NCBI GenBank assembly: GCA_035648695.1
Contig: DASRLB010000087.1
Location: 1-49,377, forward strand
DNA length: 49,377 nt
Direction: 5' to 3'
Source: Acidobacteriaceae bacterium
Lineage (GTDB): Bacteria > Acidobacteriota > Terriglobia > Terriglobales > Acidobacteriaceae
Shown here: in pieces, positions 37,232-47,829 of the stretch
How the letters are laid out: each line of letters starts with the position of its first letter
Numbering within the stretch: position 1 is the stretch's first letter
Program-made: the position numbers and the translations under genes
The notes under the pieces: generated by a model
What the model was told of the DNA's origin: nothing
Databases searched by the model: none
What the model saw: the letters and a program-made list of their open reading frames with translations, nothing else

Positions 37232-40045
37232 TTATTCACGCTCCACAATATGAATACTGCCTAGAATGCCGGAGGAAATAGGCTTCACTTTATCCAGGTC
37301 CTGCATCTGAAAACGGTCGCCATATTTTTTTATCAACGGCTTGTAATCATGCGGAGGAAGCGCTGACCACGCATTCAGCGCCGTGTTATACACGCGAATC
37401 TCGACATGATTCGCTCCACTCTTCACCAACTTTGTGATGTCTAACGCGTATGGCGGATGCCACAGCGCACCCGCCGACTGACCGTTTATCGAAACCAGCG
37501 CCGCCTCACGGATCGGCGGGTCAAAATAAGCATGCATCCCGGGCCCAGGTCGCGTAATCAGTGGATTAGGTAAACCGTTTGCGCCCAGGACTTCATGCTC
37601 TGGGGGAGAGTTTGGAGCGCCCGGAAGCGCGGTACCGCCGCTCACTTCCAGATAGACACTTTTGGTGACGCTCCCCAGGTGAAAGTCGCGAGAGTAGACG
37701 CCCTCACCCGAGTAGTGGAGTGTAGAGCTGTCGGCAGTCCAATCGGCAAACTTGGGAAAGGACTTGGTGATCCCGGTCCCCGTGAACTCCACTTCCCAAT
37801 CGGTGTCCAGTGCTACATTTTCCTTGACTGCACCCAGTTCCGCAGACGACGCTCCCATAGCATCATCGGAGAAGAGGAAAACCGCCGATCCGTATGGCTC
37901 AAGGGTAATATTTCTATGCCGATCAAGCGTAGTCATCTCACCAGTGTCGGGATTCAGTCGCACACCATACTTGTGAGTCGTGGCAAAGTCAGGACTGGTC
38001 ATCACCATCTGGTTTGCAGTATTGGCTACGAAGTAGATGTCGGTGTTAGGAAGCTTACGGCGTATATACCCGATACTGGTGGGAGCGAATGCACCCATGT
38101 CAGCAGGATTGAGCGGTAAATCGGGCCGGGCTGCGCGATGCAGCGCGGCTTCCAACTCATTCTCATTGGGTACCACCACAACACCCGGGATAAGCGAACC
38201 GAACGGCGCCGAGGCAAGGGCCTTTCCTTCGGGAGTCAGGGACGGCGCGCGGCCCACGCAGATAATCTTTCCACCCGATTTCATCCATATCCTGAGTCTT
38301 TCAACGGTAGCGCGTGGAATGCGATCGGTCGGAGGAATGATCAATATCTGGTGTGTCCCAAGTCCCACCTTATCGATCGCCTCAGCGTCGATGTAGTCGA
38401 TGTTATACCCCGCAGACAAAATCGCCGACATCAACTCCGGTGTGACCAGCTTAGCCAGGGCTGCCGTTACGCTCGTATGGCTCGGAGAAAAACTCGCCCA
38501 CGCATCGTCCGTCGGCAACAGAATTGCCACCTGATTCGCCGGTTCCCCCAGTCGCAACAACGCACTCACGCGAGTGATATACCGCGTCACCTCCGGCATC
38601 ACCGGATGCCAGGGATTGTGGTCGTTCATGGAGGTGGCCGCATACAGACTCCAACCCGGCTCAGGCACTTCACCATCCGGTGGAGAGTACGGCCAGCCGT
38701 GAAAAACAAGCTGGTTCTCGCCCATGATGAAATCGATGTCCGCCTCCGCCTTCATGTCCAGCGGAGTGGCCCGAAACACCGGCGAATGCAGCCACGTAAA
38801 CGTCTCGCCCGACGTAACGTTGTGCCCAAAGACATGGTTCGCCGAAGTAGCCCAGCGCAGCGTAGAAAACGCCCGCCACTGCGGCCCTTCGCCCTCAGCC
38901 AGCCCCACAAGATTCTGCGAAGAAAAGCTCACCGCCGGCTCTCCATACGTCTGCGAGCGGAATTTTGTGTGATGAGAAATCGCCCAGTCGTTGATCTGCG
39001 TCAGGTAGTTTTCATTCACCAGTTCCGTAAGCGTCACGCCATAGTCGTGGCGAACTCTATCGGCCGCCGGCGATCCTCCGCCAACCAGTTCCGCAAGATG
39101 CGGAATCAGGTCATACCCGCGCCGTTTGAGAAACTCCACCGGAAGTTTCGGAGTCCAATCCGCTCCATAAGCCTCCAGCGAATCTGAAAAAATAGCGTAA
39201 GGCGGCGTCGCCCCAAAAGCCTTCACCAGCGGCTCTCCCACGGCCTTCAAGTGCGTCGCAACAGCATCGTGCGAGAACGGATCGAGTACCCATCCCTCCG
39301 CCCCCACAGCCGCGCGCTTGACCTTCTGCTTCGTGTGGCTCAACACAAAAAATACCGCGACTCGCGCCACGTTTGCCGGCGCAATCGCGACGTCACCCGC
39401 AGTAACCGAAAAAGACTTGGCTGTAGCCGGGTCCCAGGTAATACGCTTAGGTGCTCTTGCATGCCCACGACCCCGCTCAGGCACAGATCCGGCGTAAGGA
39501 TTCGCGAGCTGGTTGGCAAGCGCACCCGAAATAAAGCGCTCACCCTCTTCGAGTTTCGGCACGCTCACAGACGCAGCGTTCGCGGGCACCGCGACCTCAA
39601 TCGTACGAAGGTGCGTTGAAGCCTCTTCCAACGTGATCGCAGGCCCGCCATAGGGCCAGCCGCTGCACAGCGTCACGTCGATGCGCAGCCCCAGCTTGTG
39701 ACCCTCCGCTTGCGCATAGGTAACGTCAGCCAGCATCTCCGGGCTGAGGAACGGCCGGTTCGTAAGCCCCCGCGCAGGATCGTCCAGCACCTGCGGATAA
39801 ACAAACGCCAACTCCGCGCCGCCAATCCCATCAGCCTTCATCTGCTGTAGCTCGCGAAGGATTTCCGGCTTCGTCACAGCCGCGCCGAACCACCACCATC
39901 GCACCATTGGCCGCGCGTCGTTGGGCGGCGTTACGAATGCCTGCCGCAGCCGCGCAATCGCCGATTGCTGTGCGGGCGCGGCGCCGGCCGCACCGCACAC
40001 CGCGACCACTACTCCCGCCCTCTGCGCCCAGCGTTTCCAACCCAT
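37232..40045 (-). CDS. GH106 alpha-L-rhamnosidase-like glycoside hydrolase
   Basis: PPNDARPMVRWWWFG, GIGGAE, SGWPYGGP, FSDSLE, ATSANHVFG..SGETFT and C-terminal WHPPY..DIT / SGILG motifs; signal peptide; rhamnose context. Confidence 0.8.
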   Translation of the reverse strand: MGWKRWAQRAGVVVAVCGAAGAAPAQQSAIARLRQAFVTPPNDARPMVRWWWFGAAVTKPEILRELQQMKADGIGGAELAFVYPQVLDDPARGLTNRPFLSPEMLADVTYAQAEGHKLGLRIDVTLCSGWPYGGPAITLEEASTHLRTIEVAVPANAASVSVPKLEEGERFISGALANQLANPYAGSVPERGRGHARAPKRITWDPATAKSFSVTAGDVAIAPANVARVAVFFVLSHTKQKVKRAAVGAEGWVLDPFSHDAVATHLKAVGEPLVKAFGATPPYAIFSDSLEAYGADWTPKLPVEFLKRRGYDLIPHLAELVGGGSPAADRVRHDYGVTLTELVNENYLTQINDWAISHHTKFRSQTYGEPAVSFSSQNLVGLAEGEGPQWRAFSTLRWATSANHVFGHNVTSGETFTWLHSPVFRATPLDMKAEADIDFIMGENQLVFHGWPYSPPDGEVPEPGWSLYAATSMNDHNPWHPVMPEVTRYITRVSALLRLGEPANQVAILLPTDDAWASFSPSHTSVTAALAKLVTPELMSAILSAGYNIDYIDAEAIDKVGLGTHQILIIPPTDRIPRATVERLRIWMKSGGKIICVGRAPSLTPEGKALASAPFGSLIPGVVVVPNENELEAALHRAARPDLPLNPADMGAFAPTSIGYIRRKLPNTDIYFVANTANQMVMTSPDFATTHKYGVRLNPDTGEMTTLDRHRNITLEPYGSAVFLFSDDAMGASSAELGAVKENVALDTDWEVEFTGTGITKSFPKFADWTADSSTLHYSGEGVYSRDFHLGSVTKSVYLEVSGGTALPGAPNSPPEHEVLGANGLPNPLITRPGPGMHAYFDPPIREAALVSINGQSAGALWHPPYALDITKLVKSGANHVEIRVYNTALNAWSALPPHDYKPLIKKYGDRFQMQDLDKVKPISSGILGSIHIVERE

Positions 40046-40104
40046 GTCCGTTACCTCACCAATTATTCTGCGCCGTTCACTTCCCACGCGGAGGTCTCGT
40101 GCGA

Positions 40105-40158
40105 ACTGTATGTTTGTTCCAATATCAATGTCAATAGGCAAATTGTTTCCTGTAGAAT
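40105..40158. promoter_or_regulatory. Divergent promoters for the GH106 operon and CE12, with shared candidate operator
   Basis: Minus strand TTGACA (40134-40129)-N18-TACAGT; plus strand TAGAAT at 40153; motif ATGTCAATAGGCAAATTGTTTCC at 40128-40150. Confidence 0.65.
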
Positions 40159-40215
40159 TCTATGCGATCGGCGAGCCCACCTTCCCTGCGCGCCGGAGCA
40201 TCTCTGGAGACTGCC

Positions 40216-41574
40216 ATGATCGCTTCCACTCATCGCCCCACACGCATCGTCATCGGCTTTTTCGCCGTCGCGCTGGCTGCGGCCGCACCGATCGCCGGCG
40301 TCGCGCAAACCTCGTGGAGGTTTCAATGCGCCTCGTCTTCGCACGCCGCGGACGTTCTCAGTGCGACTACTGTCTACGCCAAACCCGCCGCACCCGATAC
40401 TTCGTCCTTCGGCTTCGATCTCTCCACTGCCCCTACTCGTTTAGATAAAGACTCCTGTACCGGCGACAAGCCGTTCTTCTTCTCGCTCGCCGTCCCCGAC
40501 GGCAACTACGAAGTCACCCTCACACTCGGCGGCAAAGTCGCGTCCACCACCACCGTTCGCGCGGAGGCCCGTCGCCTCTTCGTCGACCAGCTCCATCTCG
40601 CCGCCGGGGCCTCGAAACAAGTCGTCTTCAACGTCAACGTCCGCACGCCAACCATCTACCCTGCGCCCGGTGAACCCACGCCAACCGACGGCCTCCCCGA
40701 AGTCCGCCTCAAGCCCCGCGAAATCGGCGCCCTCGACTGGGACGAAAAGCTCACCCTCGAATTCAACGGCGACCACCCCAGCCTCCGCTCCATCTTCGTC
40801 CGTCCCATCGCCGTGCCAACGGTCTACCTCGCCGGCGACTCCACAGTCGTGGATCAGGACAAGGAGCCTTGGGCTGCCTGGGGCCAAATGCTCCCCGTCT
40901 TCTTCGACTCCGGCATCTCCATTGCCAATGAAGCCGAATCCGGCGAGACCATCAAGAGCTTCATCGGCGAGCGCCGCTACGCCAAGATCATGTCCACCAT
41001 CAAGCCCGGCGACTACCTTATGGTCCAGTTCGCGCACAACGACCAGAAGCCCGGTTCCGGCTACGTTCCGGCTGCGACCTACTACAAGAAATATCTCCTG
41101 CAATACATTGCAGACGCCCGCAGCCACGGCGCAACACCCATCCTCGTCACGTCGATGAACCGCCGCAACTTCGACGCCAACGGCAAAATCGTCCAGACAC
41201 TCGGGGACTATCCGCAGGCCATGCGCGAGGTCGCCGCCGGGCAGCACGTCGCTCTCATCGACCTCAACGCCCTCAGCAAAACCCTTTTCGAGGCGCTCGG
41301 CCCCGAAGGCACGCTGCATGCCTTCGTCCACTACCCCGCCAACACCTTTCCTGACCAGCCAATCGAGCTGAAAGACGAAACCCACTTCAACTCCTACGGC
41401 GCCTACGAACTCGCGCGCGCCATTGTCCAGAGCATTCGCGACCAGCACCTGCCCCTCGAAAAATATTTGCGTCCCAACATCCCACCCTTCGACCCCGCCC
41501 ACCCCGAGCCATTCGCAACCTGGAAGCTCCCGCCAAGCCCCTTCGTGTCGACGGCAACACCCTACGGCCGTTAG
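40216..41574 (+). CDS. Rhamnogalacturonan acetylesterase (CE12, SGNH) with N-terminal beta-sandwich domain
   Basis: VPDGNYEVTLTLG, LAGDSTV, WGQMLP, QFAHNDQK and DETHFN motifs; signal peptide; SD GGAG. Confidence 0.88.
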   Translation: MIASTHRPTRIVIGFFAVALAAAAPIAGVAQTSWRFQCASSSHAADVLSATTVYAKPAAPDTSSFGFDLSTAPTRLDKDSCTGDKPFFFSLAVPDGNYEVTLTLGGKVASTTTVRAEARRLFVDQLHLAAGASKQVVFNVNVRTPTIYPAPGEPTPTDGLPEVRLKPREIGALDWDEKLTLEFNGDHPSLRSIFVRPIAVPTVYLAGDSTVVDQDKEPWAAWGQMLPVFFDSGISIANEAESGETIKSFIGERRYAKIMSTIKPGDYLMVQFAHNDQKPGSGYVPAATYYKKYLLQYIADARSHGATPILVTSMNRRNFDANGKIVQTLGDYPQAMREVAAGQHVALIDLNALSKTLFEALGPEGTLHAFVHYPANTFPDQPIELKDETHFNSYGAYELARAIVQSIRDQHLPLEKYLRPNIPPFDPAHPEPFATWKLPPSPFVSTATPYGR

Positions 41575-42983
41575 TGAACCGGCTCTAAAATTTTCGCCCA
41601 CTCGCTCGTCGACCGCCCACTTTCCATCGCCGCCAACTGCACCGCAAAATTCCCCACCGTCGAGCACTCCGTCCCCACCCTGCAAACCTCCAGGCGCGTA
41701 GCCTCCGCGGTGAGCCGGTTCAGAAATTCATTCTGACTCCCGCCGCCCATGATGTGGAGCCGCCGAAACTTCTTGCCCGTAATCTCCGCCACGGCGCGCA
41801 GCACATCCGCATAACGCCGCGCCAGGCTATAGAACAGAAACGAAGCCATCACCGCCGCATCTTCCGCACGTACACTCAACTCCGGCAGATCGCGCCGATG
41901 CAGCTGTGCATTGATACGCTGCGGCATGCGCCCACTCAACAGCAAATCCGGATCGTCCACATCCAGCACATACGCCAGAGAAGGGACAGCAGCAGCCTCC
42001 TTCACTAACGTCGGCAAGTCGATTTCCGCGCCCTCCGCAGTCCAGCTCTCAATGCATTGCCGCAGCAGCCACATCCCGTTGACATTTTTGTGAAAGCAGA
42101 TCGTCCCATCCGCGCCGCGCAGATTAGTGAAATTTTCCTCGCGCGCCTGCGCAGAATTGTTGGCCGCACCCAGCAGCGTCCCCACCAGCGACCAAGTTCC
42201 CGAACTGATGTACGCCCAGTCATTGCCTGCATCCGGGATAGCCGCAATCGCCGACGCCGTATCGTGGCAGCACGGCGCAACCAACCGCGTAGCCGCGAAC
42301 GCCGGCAGCGCAGCCAGTTTGCCGTTCAACTGGCCCACATCCGTCCCCGGATCGACCAACTCCGGCATCGCCGCCGCACTCGAACCAAGCGCGGCAAGAA
42401 TCTCCTCGCACCACTCGCCATTGAGCCCCAGCATCTGCGTGTGGCTCGCGTTCGTGCGTTCCGAAACCGGTCGCGCGCCCAGGCGATACAGAATGTACTC
42501 CGGCAAATTCAGCCACGGCATCGAGCGCAGCTCCGCGTTGTCCGCGAACATCTGGTACGCCGTATTCAGCCGCAGCAGTTGAATCCCGGTAAGCTCCCGC
42601 ATCCGCTCCGCCGAAATCCGTTCATGCAGCGAAGCCTCTGCCACGACAGTCCGTTCGTCGCGATAGCAGAACGGCGCAGCTACCGGCGCACCCGCGGCAT
42701 CCAGCCGCACATAATCCACCGCCCAGCCATCAACCGCGACCGAACGAATGCCCTCATCCACAATTCCGGCGCAGCGCGCCAGCCCTTCATCCAGGCCGGT
42801 CACAATCGACTCCAGGTTCCAGTGCAGCCCGTCGACGCTTTCGACAACATTGTTCGCGAACCGGTAGACAAGCTGTATCTGCGGCTGCTGGCCAACCCAC
42901 CGCAGCAGCGACAAGCGACAGCTCTCCGCGCCAAGATCGATCGCAACCAGCGCTCGCGTATCCTGCGGCCCGCCGGACGTCAC
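41571..42983 (-). CDS. rhaB: Rhamnulokinase
   Basis: AIDLGAESCR, DGWAVDY, CYRDERT, HDTASA, ISSGTWSLVG, KNVNGMWLL and GGGSQN motifs; GTG start overlaps the rhaD stop (GTGA). Confidence 0.93.
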   Translation of the reverse strand: MTSGGPQDTRALVAIDLGAESCRLSLLRWVGQQPQIQLVYRFANNVVESVDGLHWNLESIVTGLDEGLARCAGIVDEGIRSVAVDGWAVDYVRLDAAGAPVAAPFCYRDERTVVAEASLHERISAERMRELTGIQLLRLNTAYQMFADNAELRSMPWLNLPEYILYRLGARPVSERTNASHTQMLGLNGEWCEEILAALGSSAAAMPELVDPGTDVGQLNGKLAALPAFAATRLVAPCCHDTASAIAAIPDAGNDWAYISSGTWSLVGTLLGAANNSAQAREENFTNLRGADGTICFHKNVNGMWLLRQCIESWTAEGAEIDLPTLVKEAAAVPSLAYVLDVDDPDLLLSGRMPQRINAQLHRRDLPELSVRAEDAAVMASFLFYSLARRYADVLRAVAEITGKKFRRLHIMGGGSQNEFLNRLTAEATRLEVCRVGTECSTVGNFAVQLAAMESGRSTSEWAKILEPVH

Positions 42984-45178
42984 CGCAGATACGCCTCGGT
43001 CAGCCCACCGTCCACCGGAATCAGATGCCCCGTCGTCACCGGGGCCTTCGGTCCGCCGACAAACAAAATCGCCTCCGCGCAATCCTTCGGATCAATCGGC
43101 ACATGCGTCAGCGTGCGCTTCGCATAAAAGTGCGCCAGCGAATTCCGCAGTTCATCGTCACTCTGCGCGTCGTCGAACGCAATACCGTACTTCGTCAGCG
43201 ACGCCTTCACGCGGTCCCGCGGAAACATCGTCGAGCCCTTCACCACGGTCGCCGGACTGATCCCATTCACGCGCAGCAGCGGCGCATACGTCACAGCCAG
43301 TTCGCGCACCAGATGGCTCAGCGCAGCCTTGCTGACGTCGTAAGCCTCGGTCCCGCGCTTCGGCACAACCGCATTCGCCGAGCTCGTCAGCACCACGCTC
43401 CCCGGCAGCCCCTGCGCCTTGAAAACCTCCTGCGCCTCATCGGTCAGCAGATAGTTTCCCGTCACGTTGACCTCGAGCGTCAGCGCCCACTGCGCATCGG
43501 TAATCACACCGTCCGGCGACGACGGAAACAGCGCCGCCGTATTGATCAGCAGGTCTAATCCGCCAAACGCTTTCACCGTCGCCTTCAGCGCCTCGCGGAT
43601 CGTCTCGCGTTTGCGGATATCGATTGCCACTGCTACCGCACACTCCGGCCCGCCAATCGCCTTGGCCTCATCCGCAACCTTCTGCGCCGCATCGACCGAA
43701 AGATCGGCGACCACGATATGCGCGCCGCGCACAGCCGCCAGCAACACCGTCTCGCGCCCAATGCCGCTCGCTCCGCCGACCACCAGCACGATCCGGCGGC
43801 TCAACTCTTTCTCCGCCGGTTGCCTGCGAATCTTGGCTTCCTCCAACGCCCAGTATTCGATCCGGAAGGCCTCACTCGGCGGCAGCGCAACATAGTTCTC
43901 ATGCACACCAAACGCGGACGTCGGAGCAGCGTCGCCGGCCTGCGGCAGCACCGCCGGACACTGCCCGTCGTCCATCCCCCCGGCGCCCTCCATCACATGG
44001 ATCGCGTTGATATAAAACTCACCCGTAATGCGCGCGTTTGGCTTGTCCTTCGCGAAGCTGAACATTCCCACGCCGGGTACCAGCACAATCGTCGGGTTCG
44101 CATCGCGGATCGCCGGCGACTCCTTCTCCGCATGTCGGTTGTAATACTCCGCATATTCCTTGCGATAAACTGCAAGCGCCTCATCCACCTTCGCTTCAAG
44201 CCCCGCCGCATCGCTCGCCGGATTCCAGTCCACAAACATCGGCCGAATCTTGGTCCGGATAAAGTGGTCCGGACAACTCGTTCCCAACCGCGCCAGCTTC
44301 GCCGCCGAGTGTGAATTCACAAAGCCCAGCACATCCGCAGAGTCAGTAAAGCTGCCAATCACGCGCTTGTTCGCCGACACCCGCCCACGCAGCATCGGCA
44401 TCACAGCCAGCGCAATCTTCTCGCGCTCCTCATGCGACGTGTGCTTCACACCGCCGAAGCTGACGCCCTTCTTCGCTCCGTGCTCCAGTACAAACTGCCC
44501 TAGTTGGTCGATGATCGTGACCGTATTCAGGTAGCTCTCGCGCTGCGTCTGTCCCCACGTAAACAATCCGTGGCCGCCCAGCACCACGCCATCGCAGCCC
44601 GGCACTTCCGCCACGCCGCGCTGCAACATCATCGCCAACTCAAACCCCGGACGCTGCCACGGCAGCCACACCAGCTTGTGCCCAAAACGCTGATTGAACT
44701 CCTCCATCTTCGCCAGCCCATTCGCCGATGCGGCCAGCGCAATGCCCCAGTCCGGATGCAAATGGTCCACATGCGGGGCCGGCAAAAACGCATGAAGCGG
44801 CGTGTCGATCGAAGCCGCCACCGGATTGTTCCCAAACGTGCAAAGCGAGTACATCCCCACCATCTCGTCTTCGCGCTCGACGCCCTTATAGCTCTTCGTC
44901 AGCGCCAGCACCTTGTCCAGATACAGCGTCGCAAACCCCGACCGCTTGATGCTCCCCAGGTCTCCGCCCGACCCTTTCACCCACAGCACCGTCTTCTCCA
45001 GCCCGTCCAGCGGATCGATTTCCGGTAGCTTCGAACTCGTATTCCCACCCGCAAAGTTCGTCAGCCGCAGGTCCAGCCCCAGCAGGTTCGAGCGATAGCG
45101 CAGCAACTCCGGCGCATCGAGCTTGGACGCAACCGCGTCGTCCCAGTTGTCTACGAGATAGTGCAACTTAGCAGCCAT
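42980..45178 (-). CDS. rhaD: Bifunctional rhamnulose-1-phosphate aldolase / short-chain dehydrogenase (RhaEW type)
   Basis: GGNTSSK, VKGSGGDLG, HVDHLHPD, GTSCPDHFIRTK and IEYWALEEAK motifs; SDR domain GGASGIG and YDVSK. Confidence 0.93.
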   Translation of the reverse strand: MAAKLHYLVDNWDDAVASKLDAPELLRYRSNLLGLDLRLTNFAGGNTSSKLPEIDPLDGLEKTVLWVKGSGGDLGSIKRSGFATLYLDKVLALTKSYKGVEREDEMVGMYSLCTFGNNPVAASIDTPLHAFLPAPHVDHLHPDWGIALAASANGLAKMEEFNQRFGHKLVWLPWQRPGFELAMMLQRGVAEVPGCDGVVLGGHGLFTWGQTQRESYLNTVTIIDQLGQFVLEHGAKKGVSFGGVKHTSHEEREKIALAVMPMLRGRVSANKRVIGSFTDSADVLGFVNSHSAAKLARLGTSCPDHFIRTKIRPMFVDWNPASDAAGLEAKVDEALAVYRKEYAEYYNRHAEKESPAIRDANPTIVLVPGVGMFSFAKDKPNARITGEFYINAIHVMEGAGGMDDGQCPAVLPQAGDAAPTSAFGVHENYVALPPSEAFRIEYWALEEAKIRRQPAEKELSRRIVLVVGGASGIGRETVLLAAVRGAHIVVADLSVDAAQKVADEAKAIGGPECAVAVAIDIRKRETIREALKATVKAFGGLDLLINTAALFPSSPDGVITDAQWALTLEVNVTGNYLLTDEAQEVFKAQGLPGSVVLTSSANAVVPKRGTEAYDVSKAALSHLVRELAVTYAPLLRVNGISPATVVKGSTMFPRDRVKASLTKYGIAFDDAQSDDELRNSLAHFYAKRTLTHVPIDPKDCAEAILFVGGPKAPVTTGHLIPVDGGLTEAYLR

Positions 45179-45323
45179 TGGATATCTTCCTGATTACGTC
45201 GTCGGCCGCGAGATTCGCCGCCTCACAATGATGCCATAGCGGAAATCAATAGAGCAATCATTTCCATAGGGACACACATCGCCCCGCACGAAACCTACCA
45301 CAACCAAATCTACGCTCGCTCCG

Positions 45324-46520
45324 TTACATCCGTGTTCGCGTACCGCTCGGGGCGGGCACCGCCCATGCCTTGCCCGTCTGGGCCCGCGACCGCTTGGCTC
45401 CCGCACGCTTGTCGTCCTCGCTTCCCTTCCCGCCGTTGCGCTCGGCGGTCATCGCAATGTGCTCCACATAGTTGTACGGAGCCACCGTCTCGCCCCGCAG
45501 CAGCGCCAGCGCCAGCTCAATCAATCTCGGCCCATACTGGGCCACCTCGTGCGAAATCGACCCGATCGCGGGACTCCCCGGCCGCTGCATCTCGGCCATC
45601 ATTTCCGCGACGCAGTCCTGCCCCACCACCGCCACATGCTTCTCGCGTCCCAACTCGCGCACCGCGGAGATGGCCCCCATCGCGCTCGTATCGTTCGCCG
45701 CCGCAATCAAAATGTGCTTGTCCCTCGGATGCCGGTTCAAGAAGTCGAGAATGACCCGGTGGCTCTTCTCGCGCATCCCGCGGCCGTCCATGCGAACGAA
45801 GCTCTCCACCGGCAAATTCGGCAGCCTCGCCTTCACCCCTTCGAAGGCGCCGGTAATGCGGCTCAGCACCATCTGCCCGGCCTCTTCGATATCCAGTCCG
45901 ATCACCCAATCCAGCTGTCCATCCCAACGATTGATCGCAAAATCCGCCAGCAGGTCCCCCGCCAGCAGTCCCGCACGATAGTTGTCGATCCCAAAATACG
46001 TCGCATGAGGATGCGGAATATCCACCGCAATCAGCGGAATCTTCGCCCCGGCAATCTTGTCCGCGATAATCGGCGCCGCATGTTCATCCACCTGAAACTC
46101 GATCACAATATCCACGCGCTCGCGGAGAAAAGTCTCCGCATTTTCGACTGCGGTCTCGGCGTTGTAGCGGTTGTCGAGCACCAGCAAGTCGACGCCGACA
46201 GCCGCCGCGGCCGCCCGCAGGCTCGCCGTCACGGCCTCTGAAAACGGCATCTCCGCGCTCTGTCCGCCAAACCCGAAGCGCAGCTTCTTGGGCCGTGCAA
46301 TATGCCGGTAATGCCTGTCCGCGGTCTGACCCACGTAGCCGCGATGCACCAGCGTCTTCAATATCCGGTAGACGGTGGTCTTCGAAATCTTCGTCCGTTT
46401 GTGGATTTCCTCCAGCACCATCGGCTGGTTTTCCAGTTGCAGCAGCTCAAGGATGTCGAGTGCCTTCGTCAACACGGGGATAAGGTAAAGCCGCTTCGTC
46501 TTGGCGTTCTGAGCCACCAT
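45324..46520 (-). CDS. Transcriptional regulator: IclR-type HTH fused to a LacI/RbsB-type sugar-binding domain
   Basis: IPVLTKALDILELL...ISKTTVYRILKTLVHRGYV, then a periplasmic-binding-protein fold (IPLIAVDIP, GIDNYRAG, AANDTSAMGA, VVGQD); SD GGAGG; start 46520 or GTG 46517. Confidence 0.85.
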   Translation of the reverse strand: MVAQNAKTKRLYLIPVLTKALDILELLQLENQPMVLEEIHKRTKISKTTVYRILKTLVHRGYVGQTADRHYRHIARPKKLRFGFGGQSAEMPFSEAVTASLRAAAAAVGVDLLVLDNRYNAETAVENAETFLRERVDIVIEFQVDEHAAPIIADKIAGAKIPLIAVDIPHPHATYFGIDNYRAGLLAGDLLADFAINRWDGQLDWVIGLDIEEAGQMVLSRITGAFEGVKARLPNLPVESFVRMDGRGMREKSHRVILDFLNRHPRDKHILIAAANDTSAMGAISAVRELGREKHVAVVGQDCVAEMMAEMQRPGSPAIGSISHEVAQYGPRLIELALALLRGETVAPYNYVEHIAMTAERNGGKGSEDDKRAGAKRSRAQTGKAWAVPAPSGTRTRM

Positions 46521-46635
46521 CACCTCCTGCGCAACCAAAATCTCGACGTCGCGAACCGGAAACTATACTAAAGCAATTCCCCTAATGAATTTCACCCGCC
46601 ACCAAAACAGCCGGAACCACTCACGTTACCGGCAG

Positions 46636-47829
46636 CTAGGCATAAGAACTCGCCCCACCGGCATTCTTAGCACCGCGCTCTTCCGAAATTCTCTCCACAT
46701 ATCCGCTCTCGTGCAGCGCCGCCATCGGGTCCGGCGGCAAGCCCTTCTGCACCCGCCATTCCCGCAGCAACGGTCGAACATCCTGCCAGAACGCCCCGCG
46801 GAACTCCTCTTCCGCCTCCACCAGCCGGCACGCATCCTGCAACTCGGCGAGCTTCTGCTGGTCCACCAGCGCAGCCTTCGCATACAGCTCCTGCGCCGTC
46901 ACGACGCTCTGCACCATCGCTTCCACCTTGCCCTTCAGGTTGTGGCTCTGGTCGATCATGAATGCCGGCATCTTCTTCGCCCCACGCACCGCGCATTCAA
47001 AATGGATCTCGTGGAAAATCCGGAACACCTGGTACGGATCGATCGACCCGATCGTCAGGTCGTCATCGGCATACTTGCGATCGTTGAAGTGAAACCCGCC
47101 CAGCCTGCCCAGCTCCAGCAGCCACGCCACAATCTGCTCGATGTTCGTGCCCTGGTAGTGGTGCCCGGTATCGACCAGCACCTTCGCCTGCGGCCCCGCG
47201 CCGCGCGACAACTCCAACGCCATGCCCCAATCCGCGATATCGGTGTGATAGAAAGCCGGCTCAAACGGCTTGTACTCCACCAGCATGGTCTGCCCCGGCG
47301 CCAGCGCCGCGTGAGTCTGCGCGAGCGCTTCCTGCATCCAGCCGATCCGCCGCCGCATGCTCTGCGTCCCCGGATAGTTCGACCCATCCGCGATCCACAG
47401 TGAAACCTCCGCCGCTCCCAGCGCCTTGCCAATCTCCACCGAATCGATCAGGTGAGCAATGGCCTTCGCCCTCACCTCCGGGCTGGGATTCGCAATCGAT
47501 CCAAACTTGTACTCCGCCTCCTGAAACAGGTTCGGATTGATCGACCCCGCGCGCACTCCGGTCTTCTCTTCCAGCGCGCGGATCTTCTCCACATCCGCCA
47601 AACCCCGCGGCAGGTCCCACAACACATGCAGCGCCAGCGTAGGCGTTACACCGGTCAACCGGTTCACCTCGGCCGCATCCGCGAATTTTTCTTCGATACA
47701 CGTAGCGGCGCCGGCTTGGGTAAACTTCCCGAAGCGTGTTCCCGTGTTGGCAAACCCCCAGGAAGGTATTTCAATGGCGAATTTATCGAGCGCGTCGAAG
47801 ACGCGGCTTTGGTTCGGGTTGCTGGGCAT
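46636..47829 (-). CDS. rhaI: L-rhamnose isomerase (RhaI type, xylose-isomerase-like barrel)
   Basis: IEIPSWGFANTGTRF, LHVLWD, WIADGSNYPG, EYKPFEP..YHTDIADWG, DTGHH, HFNDRKYADDDL and IDQSHN motifs. Confidence 0.9.
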   Translation of the reverse strand: MPSNPNQSRVFDALDKFAIEIPSWGFANTGTRFGKFTQAGAATCIEEKFADAAEVNRLTGVTPTLALHVLWDLPRGLADVEKIRALEEKTGVRAGSINPNLFQEAEYKFGSIANPSPEVRAKAIAHLIDSVEIGKALGAAEVSLWIADGSNYPGTQSMRRRIGWMQEALAQTHAALAPGQTMLVEYKPFEPAFYHTDIADWGMALELSRGAGPQAKVLVDTGHHYQGTNIEQIVAWLLELGRLGGFHFNDRKYADDDLTIGSIDPYQVFRIFHEIHFECAVRGAKKMPAFMIDQSHNLKGKVEAMVQSVVTAQELYAKAALVDQQKLAELQDACRLVEAEEEFRGAFWQDVRPLLREWRVQKGLPPDPMAALHESGYVERISEERGAKNAGGASSYA

